From Deltaproteobacteria bacterium (GTDB lineage Bacteria; UBA10199; JACPAL01; GCA-016699445), in contig CP064976.1 in assembly GCA_016699445.1 (NCBI GenBank), positions 1,449,125 through 1,513,124 of the forward strand: 64,000 nt of DNA. Direction: 5' to 3'. A program made the translations under genes and the position numbers. Of this stretch, positions 30,462 through 43,256 are shown piece by piece; within the stretch, counting starts at the first letter, position 1, and each line of letters starts with the position of its first letter. The notes below the pieces were generated by a model. The model was not told where the DNA came from. It saw nothing but the letters and a program-made list of their open reading frames with translations, and made no database searches.

Positions 30462-32003
30462 ATGTTTAAATTCATAACGCCCAAATTAGCTGCATTTTTA
30501 ACCATGATTGCAGCTTTGACGATCACATCATCTGTTGCTTCAGCTCAGCAAGCTGTCCCTGTATTGCAGGTTCAGTTGCCACCACAAGCTGTGGCTCAGG
30601 CAGCAGTCGTTCCGACAACAACTGCAGTATCTTCCATAGCTTCTTCAAAAGAAGCCGATTTGGAACAAAGAATCAGCGATCTTGAAGCTTATATTAACAA
30701 CACGGCCAGAGGTTCTGACGCTGTTGACTCTAAAGTAACTTCAAAAATTGGTGGGGCAGGGCCTGGCCATAATGCGTGGATGATGATTTCAGCGGCTTTA
30801 GTTCTTTTTATGACTCTACCAGGGCTGGCTTTATTTTATGGTGGTCTTGTTAGGACTAAAAATGTGCTTTCAGTTTTAGCTCAATGTTTAGGTATTACAG
30901 GGCTTGTGACTATTTTATGGTGGGCCGTAGGTTATAGCCTCGTGTTTGCTCCTGGTGGTGCCATCCTTGGTGACTTGAGGCATGCTTTCTTTGCTGGAGT
31001 TGATGGTAATCCCAATACCAATTATGCCTACTGGGTATCGCACAATATTTTTGCCATCTATCAAATGATGTTTGCGATTATTACGCCTGCTTTAATTGTA
31101 GGAGCCATTGCCGAGCGTATGAAGTTTGGTGCGATTATGTTGTTTGTCGCCCTTTGGATGTTTGTCGTTTATTTTCCTTTGGCACACATGGTGTGGGGTA
31201 TTACCGGGATGATGAATGGTGTTTGGAATGCAGATGCCTCAATTAAGGCGGTCGATTTTGCGGGTGGTACTGTTGTTCATATGTCTTCCGGTTGGTCGGC
31301 CTTGATTCTCTGTCTCATTTTAGGAAAACGACTTGGTTTTGGAAAAGATCATTTTCCTCCACACAGCATGGTTTTGTGTATGGTGGGGACGGGGATGTTG
31401 TGGGTGGGTTGGTACGGATTCAATGCAGGTAGTGCTGTCGCAGCTGATGGTGTAGCGGCCAATGCTTTTGTGACAACAACTATAGCCGCAGCGGTAGCTT
31501 GTTTTACTTGGGGATTTATAGAGTATGTCCTTAAAGGAAAGCCCAGTATTTTAGGCTTCTGCTCAGGTGCTGTAGCAGGACTAGTCGTGATCACACCAGC
31601 TTGTGGTTTTGTGACAGTCTCATCAGCTATTATTATTGGTCTTTTGGCAGGGAGCGTTTGTTTTATCGCCTGTTACAAACTCAAACATATTTGTGGGTAC
31701 GATGATGCTTTGGATACGTTTGGTGTTCACGCTATTGGTGGTACGATGGGTGCCTTACTCACAGGATTTTTTGCAACGGCTGATGTAAATGCAAATCTTC
31801 TAACAAATCTTAAAGATATTGTTGGAAAAACTTTGTGGTGGGAGCAATTAAAAGCGATGGGTTTGACGATAGTTGTTTCTATTGTGGCCACAGTCGTCAT
31901 TGCCGCTATTGTGAAGTCTGTTGTGGGGCTTCGTCCGACTCCAGAACAAGAACAGGAAGGCTTGGATCAAACGGATCATGGAGAAGTTGGATATCATTTT
32001 TAA
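30462..32003 (+). CDS. amt: Second ammonium transporter (Amt family) with ~90 aa N-terminal periplasmic extension
   Basis: Signal peptide, Gln/Ala/Val-rich spacer with a short coiled-coil (EADLEQRISDLEAYINN), then a canonical Amt core (DFAGGTVVHMSSG, GFFATADVN). Confidence 0.9.
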   Translation: MFKFITPKLAAFLTMIAALTITSSVASAQQAVPVLQVQLPPQAVAQAAVVPTTTAVSSIASSKEADLEQRISDLEAYINNTARGSDAVDSKVTSKIGGAGPGHNAWMMISAALVLFMTLPGLALFYGGLVRTKNVLSVLAQCLGITGLVTILWWAVGYSLVFAPGGAILGDLRHAFFAGVDGNPNTNYAYWVSHNIFAIYQMMFAIITPALIVGAIAERMKFGAIMLFVALWMFVVYFPLAHMVWGITGMMNGVWNADASIKAVDFAGGTVVHMSSGWSALILCLILGKRLGFGKDHFPPHSMVLCMVGTGMLWVGWYGFNAGSAVAADGVAANAFVTTTIAAAVACFTWGFIEYVLKGKPSILGFCSGAVAGLVVITPACGFVTVSSAIIIGLLAGSVCFIACYKLKHICGYDDALDTFGVHAIGGTMGALLTGFFATADVNANLLTNLKDIVGKTLWWEQLKAMGLTIVVSIVATVVIAAIVKSVVGLRPTPEQEQEGLDQTDHGEVGYHF

Positions 32004-32369
<366 letters not shown>

Positions 32370-32411
32370 TCATTTAAACAATGAATAACATAATTAAGGA
32401 GGAAGTATAAT

Positions 32412-33839
32412 ATGGCTATGACACCAAAAGACGTTGTCTCCTTTGCCAAAGAAAACAAAACGGCAATGGTAGATATTAAATTCACCGACTTCCCAGGTAC
32501 CTGGCAACATTGGACTTGTCCCGTGTCTCAGTTTTCTGAAGAAGTTTTCGAAAGAGGATTTGCTTTCGATGGATCTTCCATCCGCGGATGGCAGCCAATC
32601 AACGCTTCAGATATGGCAATGATTCCTGATCCTTCAACTGCGAGAATGGATCCGTTCAATAAATTACCCACGCTCAGCTTGATTGCCGACATCGTGGATC
32701 CTATCACCAAACAGCCTTACAGCCGTGATCCTCGCTATGTGGCGAAGAAAGCTGAAGCCTACGTGAAGTCCACAGGTATCGGTGATACCATTTATTTTGG
32801 GCCTGAAGCTGAATTTTTTATTTTTGATACAGTTCGTTTTGACAGCACACAAAATAGTTCGTTCTTTCATGTGGATTCTTCCGAAGGTCGTTGGAACTCC
32901 GGAAAAGAAATCCTTCCTGATGGAAGTAAAAACCTTGGTTATTTACCAAACTACAAAGGTGGCTATTACCCCGTGTCTCCTAACGACACATTAGGTGATC
33001 TCCGCGCTGAAATTTGTATTGAGCTTGAAAAATTGGGATTGAGCGTTGAAGCCCAGCATCACGAAGTGGCCACAGGTGGTCAGTGCGAAATTGATTTCCG
33101 TTTCTCCACTTTGACAGCTACAGCCGACAACTTGATGTGGTTTAAATATGTCGTGAAAAATGTGGCTCGTCGTTATGGAAAGACTGCGACCTTCATGCCA
33201 AAACCTCTCTTTGGTGATAATGGTTCTGGAATGCATTGCCATCAATCCATCTGGAAAGGTGACAAGCCTCTTTTTGCTGGTGATAAGACCGGTGGACTTT
33301 CCGAAATGGGAATTCACTACATCGGTGGTATCTTGAAGCATGCGAAAGCCATCGCTGCTTTCACAAACCCAACGACAAATTCTTACCGTCGTTTGGTCCC
33401 TGGTTATGAAGCTCCTGTAAACTTAGCTTATTCTGCTCGTAACCGTTCTGCTGCGATCCGTATTCCAATCGTCAATTCTCCAAAACAACGACGCATTGAA
33501 GTACGTTTCCCTGATCCTTCAGCCAATCCTTACCTGGCCTTTGCTGTGATGTTGATGGCTGGTATTGATGGAGTGCAAAATCGTCTGGATCCAGGTGAGC
33601 CTCTGGATAAGAACATCTATCATCTCTCTCCTGAAGAAGCGAAGAATGTCCCTCAAATGCCTGGCAGCCTCACAGAAGCCTTGTCATCTTTGGAGCAGGA
33701 CAACGCCTTCATGATGAAGGGTGATGTGTTCACGGAAGACGTGATCAGCACATGGATTGATTATAAAGTGGAAAACGAAGTGGATCCTGTCCGTCTTCGC
33801 CCAGTGCCTCAAGAGTTCGCACTTTATTTTGATATCTAG
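32412..33839 (+). CDS. glnA: Glutamine synthetase type I
   Basis: 475 aa. Includes the N-terminal beta-grasp, the catalytic region and the adenylylation-loop region [16 protein letters not shown]. Confidence 0.95.
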   Translation: MAMTPKDVVSFAKENKTAMVDIKFTDFPGTWQHWTCPVSQFSEEVFERGFAFDGSSIRGWQPINASDMAMIPDPSTARMDPFNKLPTLSLIADIVDPITKQPYSRDPRYVAKKAEAYVKSTGIGDTIYFGPEAEFFIFDTVRFDSTQNSSFFHVDSSEGRWNSGKEILPDGSKNLGYLPNYKGGYYPVSPNDTLGDLRAEICIELEKLGLSVEAQHHEVATGGQCEIDFRFSTLTATADNLMWFKYVVKNVARRYGKTATFMPKPLFGDNGSGMHCHQSIWKGDKPLFAGDKTGGLSEMGIHYIGGILKHAKAIAAFTNPTTNSYRRLVPGYEAPVNLAYSARNRSAAIRIPIVNSPKQRRIEVRFPDPSANPYLAFAVMLMAGIDGVQNRLDPGEPLDKNIYHLSPEEAKNVPQMPGSLTEALSSLEQDNAFMMKGDVFTEDVISTWIDYKVENEVDPVRLRPVPQEFALYFDI

Positions 33840-33861
33840 AAGAGTAGTGAATGAAAAATTA

Positions 33862-33897
33862 AAAGCCCTGTACCTTTTGGTGCAGGGCTTTTTTTAT
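33862..33897 (+). terminator. Rho-independent terminator after glnA
   Basis: AAGCCCTGTACC-tttt-GGTGCAGGGCTT hairpin followed by T7. Confidence 0.65.
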
Positions 33898-33962
33898 GTG
33901 CTATTTTGACATTCATTACAAACTTCATTATAAACTTCATTCTTTCAAAAGGAGAACGCACA

Positions 33963-35015
33963 ATGAAGAAACAAGGAATTTTGGTTTTAATCGCGATGAG
34001 CTTGGTAGCCTGTAATGGTAAATCTGGACAAGCACCAGCAGCTATAGCGCCAGCCGCGCAACCCGCCACCGCAACGGCCTCAACCGGAGATGTACTAGCC
34101 CGCGTGAATGGCGAAAATATTACGACAGATGATGTTAAAAAAGTGTCAGGTTCCAAATTGGCCCAAGCGGAAATGGAACTTTACGACGTCAGAAAAGACG
34201 GCATTGATCAGATTATTGATGACAAAATCTTAAGTGCTGAAGCAACTTCTCAGAATGTCAGCAAAGATGATTTGATGAAGAAAAATGTCAACGACAAGAT
34301 CAAAATTGAAGATAAGGATGTCGAAAAGTTTTACAACGAAAAGAAAGATCAGATGCAGGGTAAGAAGCTGGACGAAGTGAAGCCTAATATTAAAAGCTAT
34401 CTCTTTCGTGAAAAGTTTCAAAAAGCTTATGGTGAGTACGTGGGTGGCTTGAGAAAGAAAGCTAAGATTGAAATGTTGATCAAAGCTCCCAAAATTGAAG
34501 TCGCTGAAGGTGACGATAATCCTTCAATGGGTCCCAAAGATGCTCCTATCAAAATTGTTGAGTTTACAGATTATCAGTGCCCTTTCTGTGGTCGTGCCCG
34601 GCCAGCTATTAATCAAGTTATGGAAGCCTATAAGGGAAAAGTTCGTTACACTCTTCGAGATTTTCCACTGTCATTTCACCAAGATGCTGTGAAAGCTCAT
34701 GAAGCGGCTCATTGTGCGGGTGAACAAGGAAAATATTGGGATATGAATCATAAGCTTTTTGCGGCTCAACAAGCGATCAAAGTGGATGATTTGAAAAAAT
34801 ATGCAGGTGAAATTAAACTTAATCAAAAGAAGTTTGATGAGTGCTTGGATTCTGGAAAATTCACTGGAAAAGTGAATGCCAATCAGGCTTACGGCGAAAC
34901 TGTCGGCGTGAGTGGAACACCGGCCTTTTTTATTAACGGACGTATGTTGTCAGGTGCTCGTCCTTTTGAAAACTTCAAGTCCATCATTGATGATGAACTT
35001 CGTTCTGCTGAATAA
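33963..35015 (+). CDS. Lipoprotein with a C-terminal DsbA-like thioredoxin domain and an N-terminal SurA-N-like domain
   Basis: Lipobox LVAC at the signal peptide end; CPFC active site (DYQCPFCGRA); C-terminal ...GTPAFFING of DsbA-family proteins. Confidence 0.7.
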   Translation: MKKQGILVLIAMSLVACNGKSGQAPAAIAPAAQPATATASTGDVLARVNGENITTDDVKKVSGSKLAQAEMELYDVRKDGIDQIIDDKILSAEATSQNVSKDDLMKKNVNDKIKIEDKDVEKFYNEKKDQMQGKKLDEVKPNIKSYLFREKFQKAYGEYVGGLRKKAKIEMLIKAPKIEVAEGDDNPSMGPKDAPIKIVEFTDYQCPFCGRARPAINQVMEAYKGKVRYTLRDFPLSFHQDAVKAHEAAHCAGEQGKYWDMNHKLFAAQQAIKVDDLKKYAGEIKLNQKKFDECLDSGKFTGKVNANQAYGETVGVSGTPAFFINGRMLSGARPFENFKSIIDDELRSAE

Positions 35016-37146
<2,131 letters not shown>

Positions 37147-37247
37147 TAGAGAATGGGTTGATTCATAAGGACGGAACCGTATCTTTTTTTATAAATTCTG
37201 TCATGTCGAAAGCCCAAGCTGTAGAAAATCAAAAAAGGAGAGAGCTT

Positions 37248-37694
37248 ATGGAAATTAAAGAAGGCGTCGAAGCCCCTAATTTTAAGCTGAAAAATCAAAA
37301 AGGTGAAGAGGTTAGTCTCAGTCAGTTTCGAGGGAAGAAAAATGTGGTTCTTTATTTCTATCCTAAAGATGACACTCCGGGTTGTACCAAAGAAGCCTGT
37401 ACGTTTCGGGATCAGTATGAAGTGTTTATGAAACAAGGTGCCGAAGTGATTGGTGTCAGTTCTGATAGTGTAGATTCTCATTCCAAATTTTCACAAAAAT
37501 ACCATCTTCCATTTTCATTGCTTTCAGATGAGGGGGGCGCTTTGAGAAAATTGTATAATGTCCCCAAGACTATGGGACTTTTTCCTGGGCGTGTGACCTA
37601 TGTGATTGACCGAGAAGGGATAGTGAGAAAAGTTTTTTCTTCCCAACTGAATGCCACCCAACATGTTGAAGAAGCTTTGAAAGCTCTTCAGTGA
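37248..37694 (+). CDS. bcp: Thioredoxin-dependent thiol peroxidase (Bcp / PrxQ)
   Basis: FYPKDDTPGCTKEACTFRD with peroxidatic and resolving Cys. The start is placed at the MEIKEG Met, which has an AGGAGAG RBS. Confidence 0.9.
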   Translation: MEIKEGVEAPNFKLKNQKGEEVSLSQFRGKKNVVLYFYPKDDTPGCTKEACTFRDQYEVFMKQGAEVIGVSSDSVDSHSKFSQKYHLPFSLLSDEGGALRKLYNVPKTMGLFPGRVTYVIDREGIVRKVFSSQLNATQHVEEALKALQ

Positions 37695-37698
37695 ACTC

Positions 37699-38328
37699 TT
37701 GAAATCTTCACAGCCAATTTTCCCATCAGTTGATCAAGCTGACGAACAGGGTTTGCTAGCTTATGGAGGAGAACTCAGTGTTCATTTTTTGGAAAATGCT
37801 TACCGCCATGGTATTTTCCCTTGGCCTCAAGTAGGGTTGCCGATTTTATGGTTTGCACCACCTCAGAGAGGCATTCTTGATTTTCAAGATTTTCATCTTC
37901 CTTCACGGTTTTTAAGAGAAATAAAAAATAAAAATTGGGAATTTAAAATCGATCATGATTTTCAATCGGTGATTTGTGAATGCGCCAAACAAAAGCGCAA
38001 ACGACAAAAGGGAACATGGATTTTGCCTGAGATGATTTTAGCTTATATTGATTTCCATGAAGCCGGTTTTGCCCATAGTTTTGAAGTGTACGAAAAAGGT
38101 CGGTTGATTGGTGGTCTTTATGGTGTGTGGCTCGGTGACTATTTCGCGGGTGAAAGCATGTTTCATCTAGAAACCGGAGTTTCGAAATTTGCCCTCATGA
38201 AAACCGTCGAGTATCTTAAGAAAAAAGGTCTGACATGGATGGATACTCAAATGGTGACCCCTCTTTTGAAATCATTTGGTGGGAAGGAGATTCCGAGGAA
38301 AGAGTTTATGGAGAGGTTGAATAAGTAA
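37699..38328 (+). CDS. aat: Leucyl/phenylalanyl-tRNA--protein transferase
   Basis: GLLAYGGELSVHFLENAYRHGIFPWP...FHEAGFAHSFEVY...GGLYGV...GESMFH. Confidence 0.9.
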   Translation: MKSSQPIFPSVDQADEQGLLAYGGELSVHFLENAYRHGIFPWPQVGLPILWFAPPQRGILDFQDFHLPSRFLREIKNKNWEFKIDHDFQSVICECAKQKRKRQKGTWILPEMILAYIDFHEAGFAHSFEVYEKGRLIGGLYGVWLGDYFAGESMFHLETGVSKFALMKTVEYLKKKGLTWMDTQMVTPLLKSFGGKEIPRKEFMERLNK

Positions 38329-38342
38329 AAGTCTACTTTTAG

Positions 38343-38373
38343 TGGTCCACTATTAGTGGACCACTTTTAATGG
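38343..38373 (+). terminator. Rho-independent terminator after aat
   Basis: Perfect AGTGGTCCACT-att-AGTGGACCACT palindrome followed by TTT. Confidence 0.55.
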
Positions 38374-38405
38374 ACAATTAATGAGAACCTGCTTAAAAAG
38401 AGCCC

Positions 38406-39539
38406 ATGAATCCAGAGAAAGCCTTTAAATACGATGTTTTGATTAATGCAGAGGATCTTTGTGATCGGGAATTTGAACAGCAAGATTTCCTCAAGCGGGC
38501 TAAGGCGAAAAAACGCACTATTGTTTTTGCGCCTCGGCGTTATGGAAAAACGTCTCTCATCAAGAATGTTGTTGGCAACTCATTCTTTAACTTAAGTCGA
38601 AATCATCTGGTTCTTTTTTTTGATCTCATGGACGTTCAAAGTATGGAGTCCATTGCCAAACGCCTTCATCATGGAATTACCCAGGCGCTTTCCCGACGAT
38701 TTCCAGTCAAAACTCTTCTTAAAAACGCCACGGACTATTTGAAAGGATTTTCTCTGCAGATGGATATGGACCCAGTGACAGGGCAACCGTCTCTTTCAAT
38801 GAATGTCAAAGGAAGAGAAGTTGAAAATGAAATGACTCATCTGATGGCTGCCATCAAGACGCTATCTCAGAAATATCCCACCCTGATTATTTTGGATGAA
38901 TTCCATGATATTACCTTCGTCCCTGAAGCCGAGGCATTATTTCGCGGAGTTCTTCAGGAATTGGGTGAGTCGGCTGTGTTTATTTTGGGCTCAAAACGAC
39001 ATCTTTTGACGTTGATGTTTCAGGATGCGCGAGCGCCTCTCTTTCAATATGGAGATGAGATTCATTTAAATCCCATAGCTCTTGAAGACTGGCTCGATTA
39101 TTTTCGAGAAAGAATGACTCCCAATAAAATCATCATTGGTGAGGAAGAACTGAAGTGGATTCTTGAAACTCTGTGCGATGTCCCTAATGCTATCTGCGAG
39201 TTTGGCGCGTGGTTGCTGGATAACATCCCCTCGGGAATGACTTTATCCGTCGGTGTCATCAAACAGTCTCTGGATCTGATGGTAGAGAACAAACAGAGTT
39301 ATGCATATATGCTGCAAGGCTATACTGAAAAAGAGCTCGATTTGATGACGGTGATAGCAAAAAATAAATTTACCCTGGAGCCGCACGCCGAATCGTTCTT
39401 GAAACTCATACGGGTTTCTAAATCCACTGTAGGGAAAATCGTAAAGAAATTCATGGATCGGGGATTGATCGAGTATGAATTGGAAAAGGGCTACCGTCTT
39501 TCAGACCCTCTTATGGGGCATTACTTGGCCACTCGGTAA
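38406..39539 (+). CDS. AAA-family ATPase (DUF234/archaeal-ATPase-like) with C-terminal winged-helix-like region
   Basis: Walker A VFAPRRYGKTSL, Walker B IILDEFHD, and C-terminal KFMDRGLIEYELEKGYRLSDPLM. Confidence 0.7.
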   Translation: MNPEKAFKYDVLINAEDLCDREFEQQDFLKRAKAKKRTIVFAPRRYGKTSLIKNVVGNSFFNLSRNHLVLFFDLMDVQSMESIAKRLHHGITQALSRRFPVKTLLKNATDYLKGFSLQMDMDPVTGQPSLSMNVKGREVENEMTHLMAAIKTLSQKYPTLIILDEFHDITFVPEAEALFRGVLQELGESAVFILGSKRHLLTLMFQDARAPLFQYGDEIHLNPIALEDWLDYFRERMTPNKIIIGEEELKWILETLCDVPNAICEFGAWLLDNIPSGMTLSVGVIKQSLDLMVENKQSYAYMLQGYTEKELDLMTVIAKNKFTLEPHAESFLKLIRVSKSTVGKIVKKFMDRGLIEYELEKGYRLSDPLMGHYLATR

Positions 39540-41143
39540 AATTTTCTTCCACCACATGACAGCTACACCCGCCGCTGCTGTTAGCTCCGGGTGTTTCTCC
39601 AGGGTTAGGGTTGTTGCCTGCAGAACCTGATGTTCCGGAGTCTCCACCCGTTCCAGAAGATCCACCTGTGCCACCAGAGCCAGAAGGCCCACCAGTGGCC
39701 AAAGTTCCCCCACTGCCGCTGGATCCACCTGTTCCACTTCCGCCACCACTACCTCCAGAAGATCCACCTGAGCCGTTAGACCCACCGCTACCACTGGATC
39801 CGCCAGTGCCCTCTCGTTGGCAAGTGGCCGAGCATCCATCTCCAGAAATGCTATTTCCATCGTCGCAGGTTTCATTTCCCATCACGATGAAGTCAGGGCA
39901 GATAGCTTCCACGGGGCCTATATCGCAATTAGTGTCTCGCATGCAGCCTAGTTGATAGGGTACAGGATGAAAAATATAAGCCTGTCCAATATCATTCAGA
40001 TTATTTTCAAACCCATTACAATCCAACGTGTTTTGATCTATGGCGGATGCTCCTATGCTTCCCGGAAAGTAAGTTTTGTAAGTGTCGTTATAAACAATCG
40101 CGGGTGTATTGCTTACAATGTCTGGAAGAAGGGAAGTGCTTCGAGTGACAGGACATGCGAAGCGATCAGAAGTCCCGATGATGTTTTTTCCTAATGAAAA
40201 AAGAGTAGAGGACCCCTCTATTCCACTCATATAACAATCAGAACCTGTTGCTATTGATGGCGACACGTTGTTATTCGAAATAATACTGTTTTTGATACTG
40301 CTAAAGGAGTTTTGCATCACAATGCCTGGATATACATTCGACGTGTTTGCTGTAATGATAGAATTCCAAAGTGCAAAATTGACCCCTATCACATACAAGC
40401 TGGTTCCAGTATTTCCAAAGATAGATGAGTTTTGAATATAAAGATTGGGACGTAGGATTGATGTTGAATAGCTCCGAGCAAAGATACCTATACCATTATT
40501 TTCATAAATCGAACTTTTTGAAATAAGTAATGTCGCTGCATTAGTTGAGCAGGAGTCTAGAGGAAGATATCCAAGATAGATACCATGGCTTCTATTTTGG
40601 GTGATGACTGAGTTTTCAAGAGAGACAAATAAATTACATGCACTGCTGATATAAAGACCTCTTAGACCTCCTCTAATATCAAGCTTTTCTAATTTGACAT
40701 CAGAACGAGGCCCTCCATCAGAAAATATTTTGATCACATCGCTTGTTGTGAATGTATCTGTTCCCGAAATGATAGCCCGGTTGTTGTTCGTTGTAGTTAT
40801 TAATAGAGAATGACTTATGAATAAAGAGCTGATGGGGGTGGGTCCATAGCCGCTTAACAGGAGCCCTTGCGTAAGAGTATAAGACTGTCCTCCAATCAGC
40901 AAAATCGTATCTTGTTGTCCAAAATCACTACCTGTATTGGTGCAACCCCCTAAGTTGGATGATATATTGACCGATTCAATAGCCTCTCGTAACGAACATG
41001 TCGTATTCGGCATCGGAGTATCATACTCATCCACTGTCGTATTCACCCGAATCGTTGCAGCCTCAGCTGAGGAGAGAGTTAGGAGAATGAACGAGAGAAA
41101 AACGAGAGAAAAGATTTTTAGATGTTGGTTCTGGAAATTTCAT
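39511..41143 (-). CDS. Secreted right-handed beta-helix (PbH1 repeat) protein with a ~90 aa Gly/Ser/Thr-rich C-proximal stalk; probable frameshift in the signal-peptide region (~41115-41140)
   Basis: Repeated IxGN/SxI beta-helix rungs (NSSIFGNTGTSLYV, NSIITANTSN, SSIKNSIISNN). C-terminal (GSG/GTG)n run. ATG at 41143 with a GGAG RBS; the signal peptide (…IFSLVFLSFILLTLSSAEA) sits one frame off downstream of an A5 run. Confidence 0.6.
39590..39830. repeat. Low-complexity GGN/AGY-codon repeat tract (encodes the Gly/Ser/Thr stalk)
   Basis: Degenerate repeats of ccacc(a/t)g(t/a)gg / ggatccacc units. They produce spurious ORFs 39501..39875(-) and 39611..39955(+) in the other frames. Confidence 0.7.
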
Positions 41144-41494
41144 AAAGCTCCATAGTTTTTTATTCAAAGTTTGGAAAACATAAAATTGTCACACAGGCTT
41201 GCGTGTTATGAAAGTTTTTTTTGATTTTTTAATTTTGACGCCAATTCTCGACTTTCAATCCCTTCATCCTCAAAAACTCTTTTTCATTCGAAGTGACGAA
41301 AATAAGGTTTCGATTTTTGGCTGTGCCCTTTCAGGATTTAAAAGAAGATGCTTTTTCTTTTTTGTTTAAGAAGCTTTGAATGGCTTCAGGAATGGTGCAT
41401 TCCGCTCTCACTTATAAAGAAAGATGTATTATTTGTACAAAATAGACAGAACTAATCTATTTACAGCAATATTATGTTCATTTAGACTATAAAA

Positions 41495-41797
41495 ATGACT
41501 CAAAAAACCATTCCATCGACGGAATTAAAGCAACATTTAGGAGATTATTTGGGGAAAGTCGTTCACGGCGGCCAGACTTTTCTGATTGAAAAGCACGGTA
41601 AAGCCGTAGCTGCTTTGGTGCCAATCGAAACTATTGTGCTAAAAAATCAATCCTCCCCGAAAACACCTTGGGCTCTTGAGTTGGAAAAATTGGCTGAGGA
41701 TATTTTCGAATCTAATAAAAATAAAAACTTGGGACCTTCAGATGCCGTTCAGCTCGTGAATGATGCTCGAGATGAAGAGGATAGGCGATTGCTATGA
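41495..41797 (+). CDS. Type II antitoxin, Phd/YefM family
   Basis: STELKQHLGDYLGKVVHGGQTFLIEKHGKAVAALVPIE; 4-nt ATGA overlap with the downstream PIN toxin. Confidence 0.8.
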   Translation: MTQKTIPSTELKQHLGDYLGKVVHGGQTFLIEKHGKAVAALVPIETIVLKNQSSPKTPWALELEKLAEDIFESNKNKNLGPSDAVQLVNDARDEEDRRLL

Positions 41798-42234
41798 ATG
41801 ATGGGATATGCATCGACGCCAATATTTTCGTGTCTACCCAAGATATTTTGGAGCCTCATTATCGAACCAGTGTCAACGTTCTCCAAGAAATAGAAACTCA
41901 ATCGAAGCCCATTTTTATTCCTGCCGTCTTTCTTTTTGAAACGACTTCCGTGCTCCATCGAAAACGCCTTCAAGGCCTCTTGACCACAGACCAAGCTCTC
42001 AGATCTTTTGACTTGCTCAGAAGGCTTCCTTTTTTGGCGCACTGGGATCTGGAAATTTTGGAAGAAGCTCAAAGAATGGCTTCAATGGCGGGAGTGAAAA
42101 GAATCAACGACTACACCTACGTTGCCGTTGCTCAAAAAAGAAAAATCCCATTTGTGACATTAGATGAACAGCTCATCAAAACGGGTAAACAGTTTTATTC
42201 CCAGATTGTGCATGCTTCTAATTTCCATTTCTAA
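41794..42234 (+). CDS. vapC: Type II toxin, PIN-domain (VapC-like) ribonuclease
   Basis: N-terminal ICIDANIFV (first acidic residue), followed by Thr/Ser and distal Asp residues characteristic of PIN. Translationally coupled to the antitoxin. Confidence 0.8.
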   Translation: MNDGICIDANIFVSTQDILEPHYRTSVNVLQEIETQSKPIFIPAVFLFETTSVLHRKRLQGLLTTDQALRSFDLLRRLPFLAHWDLEILEEAQRMASMAGVKRINDYTYVAVAQKRKIPFVTLDEQLIKTGKQFYSQIVHASNFHF

Positions 42235-42431
42235 ACCTTTTCATTGATCTGAGACTTAGGTATCATTCGAGGTATGTTTCAAAAACGCCTTTTAGGACTA
42301 GTGTTCATCACCCTTTTTTTGACGCATTGCAATCCAACGGATACGACCCTGGGTTCGGGGGGGAGTGGTGGAAGTGTGTCTGATTTTTTTAGCGCCTTAT
42401 TGCCCAACGCTTCCAAGTCATTAGGAGATTT

Positions 42432-43006
42432 ATGAATTGGTTTCAGTCTATCATTATGGCTTTTATTCCGATCTTTGTAGCGATTGATCCACTGGGGATG
42501 GTGCCTGTTTTTTTATCGATGACTCAGGGATTGATCCTCTCAAAGTGAAGACAATTGCCAATCAGGCCACTTGGACGGCAGCTGCGATTGCCATTGGTTT
42601 TGTTTTTTTAGGGAAAATTGTTTTTAAAGCATTGGGTATTACGATTCCTGATTTTCAAATAGCGGGTGGATTGGTGTTGTTGGCGATTGCTATTAAAGAT
42701 CTTTTGTTTCAGGCCGAACGCATTCCGTTGTCTCAGGAGAGTATTGGTGTTGTTCCTTTAGGGATGCCACTAGTGGCGGGCCCGGCTTTGATTACGTCTT
42801 TGATCGCGTTGGTAGACACGGTTGGTATTCTCTCTACGGTTATTGCTTTGGGTATTAATCTGGTTCTGGTTATTATTACTTTTCGTTATGCGGCCAAACT
42901 GGCTTCATGGGTGAGTGTTTCAGGGATGAAAGCTATGGCCAAAATTGTGTCTCTTTTATTGGCCGCGATTGCAGTGAATATGATTCGTCGTGGAATAAAT
43001 TTATAA
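42432..43006 (+). CDS. marC: MarC-family (UPF0056) inner-membrane protein, with 1-nt frameshift at ~42527 (GGG versus GGGG)
   Basis: MNWFQSIIMAFIPIFVAIDPLGMVPVFLSMTQG, then a frame change to (I)DPLKVKTIANQATWTAAAIAIGF...; six TM helices overall. Confidence 0.75.
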
Positions 43007-43065
43007 ATTGTTTTGATAAATTTAAAGACGCTAGTTAAGCACGTCTTCCTTTTCCTTTTAAATTT

Positions 43066-43152
43066 AAGGAGGGGTGGCCGAGTGGTTGAAGGCTCCAGTC
43101 TTGAAAACTGGCGTACCCGCAAGGGTACCGTGGGTTCGAATCCCACCCCCTC
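43066..43152 (+). tRNA. tRNA-Ser (TGA)
   Basis: GGAGGGGTGGCCGAGTGGTTGAAGGCTCCAGTCTTGAAAACTGG + long variable arm + GTGGGTTCGAATCCCACCCCCTCCG. Confidence 0.85.
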
Positions 43153-43256
43153 CGTATTTAAGTCTTTGTTTTGACCTCCCTTTTTAAAATGAGTGCAAAA
43201 AAACAAAAAGCTTAAGGTTTTTTAAGATTCTCCGTTTAGTCCTGTAGGAGGAAGGT

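Noticed and set aside
39501-39955. ORFs 39501..39875(-) and 39611..39955(+), Pro/Glu/Val-rich 'proteins'
   Set aside because: They lie entirely within the Gly/Ser-codon repeat tract of the beta-helix gene. They are alternative-frame and antisense readings of low-complexity DNA, not independent genes.
42886-43206. 106 aa minus-strand ORF
   Set aside because: It overlaps tRNA-Ser(TGA) and the 3' end of marC. Its translation is simply the antisense of the tRNA (…GFEPTVPLRV…).
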